This document shows, piece after piece, positions 19,727 to 28,814 of a DNA stretch of 64,000 nt. This DNA is from Candidatus Eiseniibacteriota bacterium. GTDB lineage: Bacteria; Eisenbacteria; RBG-16-71-46. The number at the start of each line of letters is the position of its first letter. The first letter of the stretch is position 1. Below the pieces are notes generated by a model that searched no databases, had not been told where the DNA came from, and worked only from the letters and a program-made list of their open reading frames with translations. The position numbers and the translations under genes are program-made. Where the stretch lies: assembly GCA_031370785.1 (NCBI GenBank), contig JANMQY010000107.1, positions 9,217-73,216 on the forward strand, in the 5' to 3' direction.

Positions 19727-21147
19727 GCGTTCTCCGCTCCGACGCGCGCCGGAATCGCCCCGAGCGCGCGCAGTTTGTTGTAGCCGTCGAGCGCCGCGAC
19801 CTTGTAGCACTCGGCGAGTGTCGGATAGTTGAACACGTTGTTGATGAAGTAGTCGAGCGTCCCCGAGAGCGCCATCACCGCCTGGCCGATGTGCACCAGC
19901 TCGGTCGCCTGGGTGCCCACCACCCAGACTCCGAGGATGAACCGCGTCTCGAGATGGATGATCAGCTTGAGCATGCCCTGCGAGTCGCCGAGGATCTGTC
20001 CGCGCGCGATCTCGCGGTAGCGCGCCACTCCGGTCTCGTAGGGCACGCCCTTCGCGGTCAGCTCCTCCTCGGTGCGGCCGACCCACGCGATCTCGGGAAT
20101 CGAGTAGATGCCGAACGGGAACAGCTCGGGCACGCTGGTGGTGGGCACGCCGAACGCATGACAGGCAGCGATCCGGCCCTGCTCCATGCTGGTCGCGGCC
20201 AGTGCCGGGAAGCCGATCACGTCGCCGACCGCGTAGAGGTGCGGCACCACGGTCTGGTAGTGCTCGTTGACCGCGATTCGCCCGCGCGCATCCGCGGCGA
20301 GCCCCGCCTTCTCGAGCGCGAGCTTCGCGGTATTGCCCACGCGTCCGGCCGAGATCAGAGCCATGTCGGTGGCCATGCGCTTGCCGCTCTTCAGCGCCAC
20401 CACCACGTGCGCGGTGCCGCCGAACTCGAGGTGATCCACCTCTTCGCCCAGACGCAGCGTCAGGTTCATCTCGCGCGCCTCGTGGATCATCGCATCCACG
20501 ATCTCGCGATCGACCATGTCGAGCAGGGAATCGCGCTTGTCGAGCAGCGTCACCTCGATGCCGAGCGTCGCGAAGATGGTTGCGTACTCGACGCCGATCA
20601 CGCCCGCGCCCACCACGGTGAGCGTGCGCGGCAGCTTGACGAGCGACAGGATGTCGTCGCTGGTGAGCACGGTGTGATGGTCCACCTCGATCCCGGGTGG
20701 CAGGCTGGGCGCGGAGCCGGTCGCGATCACGATCACCTCGCCCGAGAGCAACTCGCCGCGATCGCCGTCGTCCACCGCCACGCGATGCGGGTCCTCGAAG
20801 CGTGCCGTGCCCGAGATCAGCTGGATGCCGTTGCGCCGCAGCTGCGCCTCCACGACGTCGCGCTCGCGCTGCATGACGATCCCGGTCCGCAACAGCAGAT
20901 CCTGCGCGGTGATATCGGTTTTGTTCCGGTAGGCTTCGCCATACAGCGAACGCTGGCGCAGGCCCGACAGGTCGATCACCGCCTCGCGCAGCGTCTTGCT
21001 CGGAATGGTGCCGGTGTTGATGCAGTCGCCGCCGACGACCTTCATGCGCTCGATCACCGCCACCCGCTTGCCCAGCTTGGCAGCCGCCACCGCCGCGCGC
21101 TGGCCACCCGGGCCGCTGCCGATTACGACGAGATCGTAGGTCTGCAT
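19723..21147 (-). CDS. sthA: Soluble (Si-specific) NAD(P)+ transhydrogenase
   Basis: YDLVVIGSGPGGQRAA, GGDCINTGTIPSKTLRE (single Cys), GDVIGFPALAATSMEQGR, FNYPTLAECYKVAALD. Confidence 0.93.
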   Translation of the reverse strand: MQTYDLVVIGSGPGGQRAAVAAAKLGKRVAVIERMKVVGGDCINTGTIPSKTLREAVIDLSGLRQRSLYGEAYRNKTDITAQDLLLRTGIVMQRERDVVEAQLRRNGIQLISGTARFEDPHRVAVDDGDRGELLSGEVIVIATGSAPSLPPGIEVDHHTVLTSDDILSLVKLPRTLTVVGAGVIGVEYATIFATLGIEVTLLDKRDSLLDMVDREIVDAMIHEAREMNLTLRLGEEVDHLEFGGTAHVVVALKSGKRMATDMALISAGRVGNTAKLALEKAGLAADARGRIAVNEHYQTVVPHLYAVGDVIGFPALAATSMEQGRIAACHAFGVPTTSVPELFPFGIYSIPEIAWVGRTEEELTAKGVPYETGVARYREIARGQILGDSQGMLKLIIHLETRFILGVWVVGTQATELVHIGQAVMALSGTLDYFINNVFNYPTLAECYKVAALDGYNKLRALGAIPARVGAENA

Positions 21148-22517
21148 GCGTCCTGCTCCGTCTTCGGCACCGGCCGTCCGCCGGACTCGGACGGAGTCGC
21201 ATCGGGCGCGGCCAGCGACAGGTTGAGCTCGTCGTCGCTCAGGATCTGGCGGCGGTTCATGATCTGCGACGTGTCGTGCTCGAAGAAGAAATGGGTGATG
21301 TGATCGATGCCGACTTCGATCTGCTTGCGCAGTCCGACCATCTTGACGAGATAAGCGCCTGCCCACAGCAGCCACGCCAGCTTGCCCGAGAGCGGCACTC
21401 CGAACAACTCGAGGACCGAGCTGTGCATGCCGAGCGAGATGATGTAGCCGACATGCTGGAATTCGAACGTGGGAACGGTGCGGCCCTCGGCCCGCGCGAC
21501 CAGCGTCTTGCCGACGTACGAGCCCATTGCGATCGCGGTCTGCGAGAGCTGAGGCTGGAGAGTTCCCTCCTCGCGGAGCGATGCCGCACAGTCGCCGATC
21601 ACGAACACGTCTTCGACGCCGCGCCCGTCGAAGTCGAGTGGACGGAGCCGCTCATCGACGCGGATTCGCCCATCCGGAGCGTGCTGCAGTGGCAATTCGG
21701 TGACCAGCGGCGGCGGGCACACGCCCGCGGTCCAGATCAGGGTGAAGCCATCGATCGCGCGCCCGTCGGCCAGCAGGACGCTGCGCGGCTCGACCCGCGC
21801 CGCGCGGGCGTTGAGATGGATCAGGATCCCACGCCGCTCGAGGAATGCCTGCACGTATGCCGAATGCTGCGGCAGCGCGCTCGGAACCACGCGCGGGCCG
21901 CCCTCGAGAATGGTGATCGACAGATGGGATGCGCTCAGATTGGGATAGCGCGGCAGCAGCGTGTCGCGCGCCATGTCCATGAGCTCGGCCGCGACCTCGA
22001 CGCCGGTGACGCCACCGCCCACGATCACGAACGAGAGCAGCCTTCGGCGCTGTGCATCGCTCTCGGCCTGCTCGGCCATCTCGAACAGCTCGACGACGCG
22101 GGCGCGCAGGGTCATGGCGTCGACCAGCGTCTTGAACGGGCGCGTGTTCTCGGCCGCCCCGGGCACTCCATAGTAGTTGGTGACGCTCCCGACCCCGATC
22201 ACCAGCGCGCCGTATGGCGCGACCCGATCGTTGTGCAGGCGGACCTCGCGCCGGGCGAGGTCGATGGCAAGCGCCTTGTTCTTGTAGAAGCGGACATGGC
22301 GGTGGCGCGCCATCTCGCGCAGCGGGTATACGATATGCCGGGTTTCGACCGCCCCAACGGCGACCGCGGGGAGCAGCGGGTTGAACTGGAAGAAATTCTC
22401 CTTGTCGATGAGAACGGTGTCCCAGTACTCACGCGCCGCGCGCGATCGACCGATCGCCCGCGCGACGTCCAGACCGCCGAACCCACCACCGAGTATCACC
22501 AGGCGCTTGCCGGCCAT
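21123..22517 (-). CDS. ndh: Type II NADH dehydrogenase family FAD-dependent oxidoreductase
   Basis: ILGGGFGG, FNPLLP, VGGGVTGVE, WTAG, IGDCA, G.LAWLLW. Confidence 0.85.
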   Translation of the reverse strand: MAGKRLVILGGGFGGLDVARAIGRSRAAREYWDTVLIDKENFFQFNPLLPAVAVGAVETRHIVYPLREMARHRHVRFYKNKALAIDLARREVRLHNDRVAPYGALVIGVGSVTNYYGVPGAAENTRPFKTLVDAMTLRARVVELFEMAEQAESDAQRRRLLSFVIVGGGVTGVEVAAELMDMARDTLLPRYPNLSASHLSITILEGGPRVVPSALPQHSAYVQAFLERRGILIHLNARAARVEPRSVLLADGRAIDGFTLIWTAGVCPPPLVTELPLQHAPDGRIRVDERLRPLDFDGRGVEDVFVIGDCAASLREEGTLQPQLSQTAIAMGSYVGKTLVARAEGRTVPTFEFQHVGYIISLGMHSSVLELFGVPLSGKLAWLLWAGAYLVKMVGLRKQIEVGIDHITHFFFEHDTSQIMNRRQILSDDELNLSLAAPDATPSESGGRPVPKTEQDACRPTISS

Positions 22518-22857
22518 TTGCGGGGCAGGATAGCACGAGTGCTCGCAACCGAGGCGGCATGGCCGCGCGACCGCGTTGGTCGGCCTCACTCCCACGCTGG
22601 TGCGGATGCCGGGGCGTACGCAGGCGCCGGGACGAGACGCGAGCGCCGCGCGAGACCGCGCATCGCACTTCCGATGTCGCCGCGGGCGAGCCGAGCGACT
22701 TCGTATTCATTGCGTGCATTTCATGCGGCATACCAATCGCGCGAATCTTTTTGCAAATCATGAATGACTCGAGCGCGATCCACATTGACTGGTCGCACTG
22801 AATCGAGCGACATTATGCGTCGAGACGTCCCCTTACACCCTCCGGAGGTCCCACCCC

Positions 22858-23199
22858 ATGGCGAAAACGCGCAAGAAGCGCACGGTATACACGTCCTCAC
22901 AGCGCACGCAGATCCTTTCGACCGCACAGAAGGAAGGTCTCACGGCGTCCCAGGTGCAGAAGAAGTTCGGAGTGACCCCGGTGACGTACTACTCGTGGCG
23001 CAAGAAGACCGGCGTGGCCGGACGGCGCGGACGCGGTGCGACCTTGCGCGCCGGTGGCCGCACCGACCTCACCGGTCAACTGCGGGCCGAAGTGCAGGCC
23101 AAGGTTCGCCAGATCCTTCCCGAGATCGTACGCGGCGAAGTGAGCAGCTATCTCAACCAGCTGTTCGGATCCAGGCGAGGGCGCAAGTACTCGACCTGA
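22858..23199 (+). CDS. Small basic helix-turn-helix protein (IS3 OrfA/HTH_Tnp_1-like N-terminus), no partner transposase
   Basis: RBS GGAGG; YTSSQR.QIL......T..QV.KKFGV...TYYSWRKK. Confidence 0.75.
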   Translation: MAKTRKKRTVYTSSQRTQILSTAQKEGLTASQVQKKFGVTPVTYYSWRKKTGVAGRRGRGATLRAGGRTDLTGQLRAEVQAKVRQILPEIVRGEVSSYLNQLFGSRRGRKYST

Positions 23200-23301
23200 G
23201 ACTCGACCTTGGGTAGTGTCCCGGCGCGCGGTTCGGAAATCTCGGACCGCGCGTTCGGCTTCAGGCGACGGACGACACCGATCCAGGGAGGGAAGGTCCG
23301 C

Positions 23302-24189
23302 ATGAAGGTGATCACGTTCCTGGTCCGAGCCCTGGGCGTGCTGGTGGCCGCCATCGTCGTTCTGACCGCGGCGCTGCTCGCACACGGATATGGCCTCGCG
23401 AACAAGACCATGAGCAATCCGCTGCCGGCTCTGGTCGTCGAGCCCGACTCCTCGCTGATCCCTCGCGGCGCGCACCTCTCACGGGTGCTCTGCGCGGGCT
23501 GTCACGCGCCCGGCCTGACGGGCGGCGATACGCTTTCGGGCGGCACCACGAATTTCTTCGTGATCCCGAAAGGTCCGACCCTGGGCGTGCTCTACGCGCC
23601 GAATCTCACTCCCGCCGGCGCGACCGCACATGCCGACAACGGCGAGTTGTCGCGTGCCATCCGCGAGGGCGTCGGATTCACTCGCAAGCCGCTGATCGTC
23701 ATGCCCTCGAACGACCTTCGCAATCTCTCGGATCAGGATCTGGCCGCGATCATTGCCTTCGTGCGCGCGCAGCCCGCCGTTCCGCACGAGGTGCCGAAGC
23801 GTAAGCTCAATCCGCTCGCCTACCTGATCCTCGGCCTGCACCAGGCCGAGACCAGCGCGCAGCTTCCCGTGCCGCGCCCGATTCCCGACGTGCGAGAGGC
23901 TCCGACCGCGGAGTACGCCGCGTACTTCGCGAGCATCGTCGGCTGTGCCGACTGCCACGGTCGCGACCTCAAGGGAGCGCCCAGCGGCCAGCTCGGACCT
24001 CGCGGGCCGAACCTGGTCCAGCTCGCCCACGAGAAGCCGTTCGACATCTTCGAGCTGGCGCTGAGGCACGGAGTCAAGCCGGCAGGCGGCGCGCTCGATC
24101 CGTTCGAGATGCCGTGGACCATCTACGCGCACATGAACGACACCGAGGTGCGCGCGATCTACGAGTATCTGAAGAGCCGGGCGCTCTAG
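23302..24189 (+). CDS. Membrane-anchored diheme cytochrome c
   Basis: N-terminal TM, CAGCH and CADCH, APNLTP, candidate axial Met in VMPS and EMPW. Confidence 0.88.
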   Translation: MKVITFLVRALGVLVAAIVVLTAALLAHGYGLANKTMSNPLPALVVEPDSSLIPRGAHLSRVLCAGCHAPGLTGGDTLSGGTTNFFVIPKGPTLGVLYAPNLTPAGATAHADNGELSRAIREGVGFTRKPLIVMPSNDLRNLSDQDLAAIIAFVRAQPAVPHEVPKRKLNPLAYLILGLHQAETSAQLPVPRPIPDVREAPTAEYAAYFASIVGCADCHGRDLKGAPSGQLGPRGPNLVQLAHEKPFDIFELALRHGVKPAGGALDPFEMPWTIYAHMNDTEVRAIYEYLKSRAL

Positions 24190-24893
24190 CCCGAACGCGC
24201 GCTCAGCAGCGCGGCCGCGGCGCGATCCACCAGCCACTCGCGGTTCCGCACCAGCCGCGCCGGAGTCGCGGCGCCATCTCCCTCCTCCGCCAGCGCACGC
24301 GCCACGGCTTCGGCCTTGTCGGCCCCGATGCCGAGCACCAGCACCGATCGCGCCTCATCCAGCGCGCGCGGAGTGAGCGTGAGCCGCCGCGGCGGGGGCT
24401 TTGGGCTGTCGAGCACCGCGGCGACGCGGCGCGTGCGCTCGCCGAGCAATGGGCTTCCCGGGAACAGCGAAGCGATGTGCCCGTCGGGACCGACGCCCAG
24501 GATCACCAGGTCCAGCGCTTCGGAGAGGTGCGCCTCGTACTCTTCGACCGCCACCTCGAGATCCGGGTACTCGCCTTTCATGCGGTGCACGTTGCGCGGC
24601 GGGACGTGCGCCGGATCGATCAGAGTCTCACGCGCCATGCGAAAGTTGCTCTCCGGGTCGGTCGGCGGCACCGCCCGCTCGTCGGCGAAGAACACCCGCA
24701 CCCGCGACCAGTCGACCTGCGACACGCGCGGCGGCGAAGCGAGGCGCTGGTAGAGCCCGCGCGGGCTGCGCCCTCCCGAGAGTGCGAGGGTCGCGCGGCC
24801 GCGCGCGGCGAATCCCTCGCCGAGGCGCAGGACCACGAGATCCGCCCCCGCATCGGCGAGGGAATCGGCGTCGGAGAAGATCCGGACGCTCAA
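24186..24893 (-). CDS. pgl: 6-phosphogluconolactonase
   Basis: ALSGGRSP, DERAVPP...SNF, LGVGPDGHIASLFP, PKPPPRRLTLT; TTG start chosen, GTG at 24944 possible. Confidence 0.93.
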   Translation of the reverse strand: MSVRIFSDADSLADAGADLVVLRLGEGFAARGRATLALSGGRSPRGLYQRLASPPRVSQVDWSRVRVFFADERAVPPTDPESNFRMARETLIDPAHVPPRNVHRMKGEYPDLEVAVEEYEAHLSEALDLVILGVGPDGHIASLFPGSPLLGERTRRVAAVLDSPKPPPRRLTLTPRALDEARSVLVLGIGADKAEAVARALAEEGDGAATPARLVRNREWLVDRAAAALLSARSG

Positions 24894-24915
24894 GCGGCCC
24901 TTCTTCGCGTCGTGG

Positions 24916-26427
24916 CTAGAGCGGGTGCCACGAGCGCCGGTCACGGCGGATCAGATCGTCGGCACACCTGGGGCCCCAGCTACCGGGCTCGTAGTTCGGG
25001 AAGTCGCGGGGCGGATGCTCTTCGAAGTAGCGAAGAATCGGCGTAATCCATTCCCACGATGCTTCGACCGCATCGCGCCGCGAGAACAGCGTGGGGTCGC
25101 CCCGCATCGCATCCAGCAGCAGGCGTTCGTACGCCTCGGGCGGCTCGCCGCCGAACGCCTCCAGGTACTTCATGTCCATCGAGACCTGCCCGACCGCCAG
25201 ATCGTGGCCGGGGATCTTGGACGAGAATGTGAGCGCGATGCCCTCGTCGGGCTGGATGCGCAGGGTCAGCACGTTGGGCTCGCACGCCTCGCCGCGCCCG
25301 AACAGGCACAGCGGGATCTTCTGCATGAACAGCGACACTTCGGTCGCGCGCTTGGCCAGCTTCTTCCCCGTCCGCAGGTAGAACGGCACGCCCTGCCAGC
25401 GCCAGTTGTCGACGAACACGCGCTGCGCCGCGAAGGTCGGCGTCAGCGAGGCGGGCGCGACGTCGGGCTCCTGTCGGTAACCGCGATACTGCCCGAGCAC
25501 GACGTCCTGCTCGATCGTCTCGGGGTTCGGCTCGCGCAGCGCGCGCAGCACCTTCAGCTTCTCGGTGCGAACGTCGTCCGCATCGTTGCTGTTGGGCGGT
25601 TCCATCCCGACCAGGCTCAGGACCTCGAGCAGGTGGTTCTGCACGATGTCGCGCAGCACGCCGGTCTGCTCGTAGAACTTGCCGCGAGTCCCGATCCCGA
25701 CTGTCTCAGCGGCGGTGATCTGAACGTGGTCGATGTACTTCCGGTTCCAAAGCGGTTCGAAGAAGCTGTTCGCAAACCGGAACACCATGATGTTCTGCAC
25801 CGTCTCCTTGCCGAGATAGTGATCGATGCGGAACGTCTGCGACTCATCGAGCACCTTCGCGACCAGTCCATTCAGGGCCTGCGCCGAAGCCAGATCACGG
25901 CCGAACGGCTTCTCGAGGATCACGCGCGTGAACCCCGGATCGGCGGGCGTGTGGATCAGGCCCGCGGCCTTGAGCCGGTGCAGGATCACCGAAAACACAT
26001 CGGGCGGCGTCGCGAGGTAGAACAGCCGGCTGCCTTCCAGTCCGTGCTCGCGGTCCAGCTGCTCGAGCCGCGCGGCCAGCCGCTTGTAGGTTGCGGGGTC
26101 TTCGAACTCGCCCTGCACGTAGTCGATGCGGCTCGCGAACTCCGACCAGACCTTGGGGTCGACCGGCTTGAGGCGCGAGAACTCGTTCACACCGGCGCGC
26201 AGCTCTTCACGAAAGGCGTTGACCTCGACCTCGCGTCGCGACACGCCGACGATCGCGACGTGTTCGCCGAGCAATCCGCCTGCGGTGATGTTGTAGAGCG
26301 CGGGAATCAGCTTACGCCGCGTGAGATCTCCGGTCGCCCCGAAGATCACCAGAGCGCACGGCGGAGCGAGCTTTGCCGGGCGCGGTGGCAGATTGGGCGG
26401 GGCGATCGCTTCGATGCGCGCGGCCAT
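24916..26427 (-). CDS. zwf: Glucose-6-phosphate dehydrogenase
   Basis: IFGATGDL, EKPFG, RIDHYLGKE, DIVQNHLL, NWRWQGVPFYLRTGK, EAYERLL. Confidence 0.98.
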   Translation of the reverse strand: MAARIEAIAPPNLPPRPAKLAPPCALVIFGATGDLTRRKLIPALYNITAGGLLGEHVAIVGVSRREVEVNAFREELRAGVNEFSRLKPVDPKVWSEFASRIDYVQGEFEDPATYKRLAARLEQLDREHGLEGSRLFYLATPPDVFSVILHRLKAAGLIHTPADPGFTRVILEKPFGRDLASAQALNGLVAKVLDESQTFRIDHYLGKETVQNIMVFRFANSFFEPLWNRKYIDHVQITAAETVGIGTRGKFYEQTGVLRDIVQNHLLEVLSLVGMEPPNSNDADDVRTEKLKVLRALREPNPETIEQDVVLGQYRGYRQEPDVAPASLTPTFAAQRVFVDNWRWQGVPFYLRTGKKLAKRATEVSLFMQKIPLCLFGRGEACEPNVLTLRIQPDEGIALTFSSKIPGHDLAVGQVSMDMKYLEAFGGEPPEAYERLLLDAMRGDPTLFSRRDAVEASWEWITPILRYFEEHPPRDFPNYEPGSWGPRCADDLIRRDRRSWHPL

Positions 26428-26428
26428 C

Positions 26429-27325
26429 TCAGCGCTCCTTTACCGCGTGGCCGCCGAACTCGGCGCGCAGCGCGGCGACCACCTTGTCGCGGAACGAGTC
26501 GTCCTGGCGCGAACGGAACCGGCTCATCAGGGCCAGGGTGAGGACCTCGGCCGGCACGCTGCGATCGATCGCCTCCTGAATGGTCCAGCGTCCTTCGCCC
26601 GAGTCCTCGACGTAGCCGCGGATCTTCGCGAGCCCAGGGTCCTTGGCGAACGCGCGCTCGGCCAGCTCGAGCAGCCACGAGCGCACCACGCTGCCCTGAT
26701 TCCACAGGTGTGCAAGCTTCGAGAGGTCGTAGCGGAAGTCGCTCGCGTTGAGGATCTCGAAGCCCTCGGCGTACGACTGCATCATTCCGTATTCAATCCC
26801 GTTGTGGATCATCTTGGAGTAGTGTCCGGCCCCGACCCTGCCGACGTGAAGCCAACCGTCCTTTGGTGCAAGCGAATCGAGCACGGGCTCGAGCCGCGCG
26901 ATGGATGCGGCCTCGCCACCAACCATCATGCAGTAGCCGAGCTCCAGTCCCCAGATGCCCCCCGAGACGCCGCAGTCGGTGAAGAACATCCCGGCCGCCG
27001 CGAGCCGCTCGCCCCGGCGCTGCGACTCCTTCCAGTTCGAGTTGCCGCCGTCCACCACCAGGTCGCCCTTCGAGAGCAGCGGAACCAGCTCATCCAGCGT
27101 TTCGTCGACCGGCTTGCCGGCAGGGATCATGAGCCACACCACGCGCGGCGCGCTCAACGTCTTGACCATCTCGGCCAGGGTCTTCGCCGAAGTGGCACCG
27201 GCCTTTGCTGCTTCCGCGATCTTCTCGGCGTTGCGATCGAACGCGGCGACCTCGTGCTTCGCGCGCAGCAGGCGCAGCGTCATGTTCAGACCCATGCGGC
27301 CCAACCCGACGAATCCGAGCTTCAT
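26429..27325 (-). CDS. gnd: Decarboxylating 6-phosphogluconate dehydrogenase, short type
   Basis: GLGRMG, DGGNS, GVSGG, KMIHNGIEYGMM, DSGEGRWT, FGGHAVK; 298 aa. Confidence 0.95.
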   Translation of the reverse strand: MKLGFVGLGRMGLNMTLRLLRAKHEVAAFDRNAEKIAEAAKAGATSAKTLAEMVKTLSAPRVVWLMIPAGKPVDETLDELVPLLSKGDLVVDGGNSNWKESQRRGERLAAAGMFFTDCGVSGGIWGLELGYCMMVGGEAASIARLEPVLDSLAPKDGWLHVGRVGAGHYSKMIHNGIEYGMMQSYAEGFEILNASDFRYDLSKLAHLWNQGSVVRSWLLELAERAFAKDPGLAKIRGYVEDSGEGRWTIQEAIDRSVPAEVLTLALMSRFRSRQDDSFRDKVVAALRAEFGGHAVKER

Positions 27326-27473
27326 GCCCGCTCCCTTGCGATGAACTCATCCCGGCTTGACGCCGGCCGCATGCCCGATATGCGTGGAATGAAAGCGCGT
27401 GATCGGCCGGGACGCAAGCAGGCGGAGCCTGCTTCGGGCGAAGCCTGCGTCAGCCCGGTGGTGCGGCCGCGGA

Positions 27474-28661
27474 CTACTCGGTCGCGGCGAGCGGCGAGTT
27501 GAGATCCGTCGCGATCTTGGCCCGGGCGGGCGAGGGCAGCGCGATGGCGCAGCCGAGCCCGACCAGAAGCAGCGAGGTCAGGCAGGTCAGCGCCCACTCG
27601 AGGCCGTGGCGGTCCGCGAGCGCGCCGATCGGGCCGATCAGCAGCGCGCCCACTCCCCATGCCGCGCCCATCAGCAGGCTCGAGATGGTGGAGGAGTGGC
27701 GCGGCGAAAGCTCCTGCCCGAGCACCACGTTGACCGGCAACGAAGCCTGCAGCACGAACGCGCCGAGGATCAACGCGACCATTCCGATGACCGGTGGCAA
27801 CATCAGGAACGCGAAGAACAGCGGAGTCGCGCCCACGAACGAGAGCACGACCACGCGCCGTCCACCCCACCGGTCGGCGAGCCAGCCGCCGAGGAATCCG
27901 CCGCACGCGCCGAGCGCAAGGTAGGCGGTGAGCAGCGTTCCTCCCGCCGCGACGCTGAAGCCATGGCGGTGAAGGTAGATCGGAAGGAAGGTCATGAATC
28001 CGTACGAGACCGCCGAGCGGCACACCACCACGAAGTAGAGCAGCGTGAGCGGCCGCAGCACCGGCCTGAGCTCGCGCAACGCCGGGCGCGAACCGGCATG
28101 ATGCGCGAGCGGGCGCACGCGACGCGACCAGATCAGCAGCAGCACGCCCATGATCACGCCCGGGAACACCGCGACCCAGGTGCGCTCGATCCCGAACGCG
28201 CCGACCACCGAGACCGCGAGCAGCGGGCCGAGCGAGAAGCCGAGCGTGCCGCCGGTGACGAAGAACGACATCGCGAGCGAGCGGCTCTTCGAGCCCTCCC
28301 CCGCCAGCACCGCCGCCTGCGGATGGAATGCCGCGACGCCCATGCCGCCCAGCATCAGCAGCGCGACCAGTGCCGCGTAGCTGGGCGAGAGTCCGATCGC
28401 CGACATGAACACCGCCGCGGTCGGGGGCCCGAGCGCCACGAACCAGGGCCTGGAAAGGCGGTCCGAGACCCAGCCGTAGACCGGCTGCGCGAGCGAGGAG
28501 GAGAGCGACGCCAGCGCCACGAGCGTGCCGACTTCGGTGAGATTGAGATGGAGCCGCAGCATCATCAGCGGCAGCAGCGGCGAGAAGAAGCTCGAGTAGG
28601 CGTCGATCGTGAAATGCGCCGAGGCGAGCAGAAAGAGACGAGGGGTGAGAAAGCTTCGCAT
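27474..28661 (-). CDS. MFS transporter (Fsr-like)
   Basis: HF.ID.Y, QP.YG..SDR, AAFHP, GG.LADRWG; about 12 TM. Confidence 0.9.
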   Translation of the reverse strand: MRSFLTPRLFLLASAHFTIDAYSSFFSPLLPLMMLRLHLNLTEVGTLVALASLSSSLAQPVYGWVSDRLSRPWFVALGPPTAAVFMSAIGLSPSYAALVALLMLGGMGVAAFHPQAAVLAGEGSKSRSLAMSFFVTGGTLGFSLGPLLAVSVVGAFGIERTWVAVFPGVIMGVLLLIWSRRVRPLAHHAGSRPALRELRPVLRPLTLLYFVVVCRSAVSYGFMTFLPIYLHRHGFSVAAGGTLLTAYLALGACGGFLGGWLADRWGGRRVVVLSFVGATPLFFAFLMLPPVIGMVALILGAFVLQASLPVNVVLGQELSPRHSSTISSLLMGAAWGVGALLIGPIGALADRHGLEWALTCLTSLLLVGLGCAIALPSPARAKIATDLNSPLAATE

Positions 28662-28814
28662 GGGAAGAGCAATGCTAGCACAGCCGAATCGTGCGTACCG
28701 CCATCAGCGCGATCCGCAGAGACCGCAGCCGCATTGCCTGGTGAAGCGGTGCGCACCAAGCGAAGCGCCCGGCATCGCAAAGGACGCCGGACGCTCGCCA
28801 CTGCAAATCGGGTG

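Noticed and set aside
22858..23199. Active IS3-family element
   Set aside because: No OrfB/DDE domain, slippery site, terminal inverted repeats or target duplication seen
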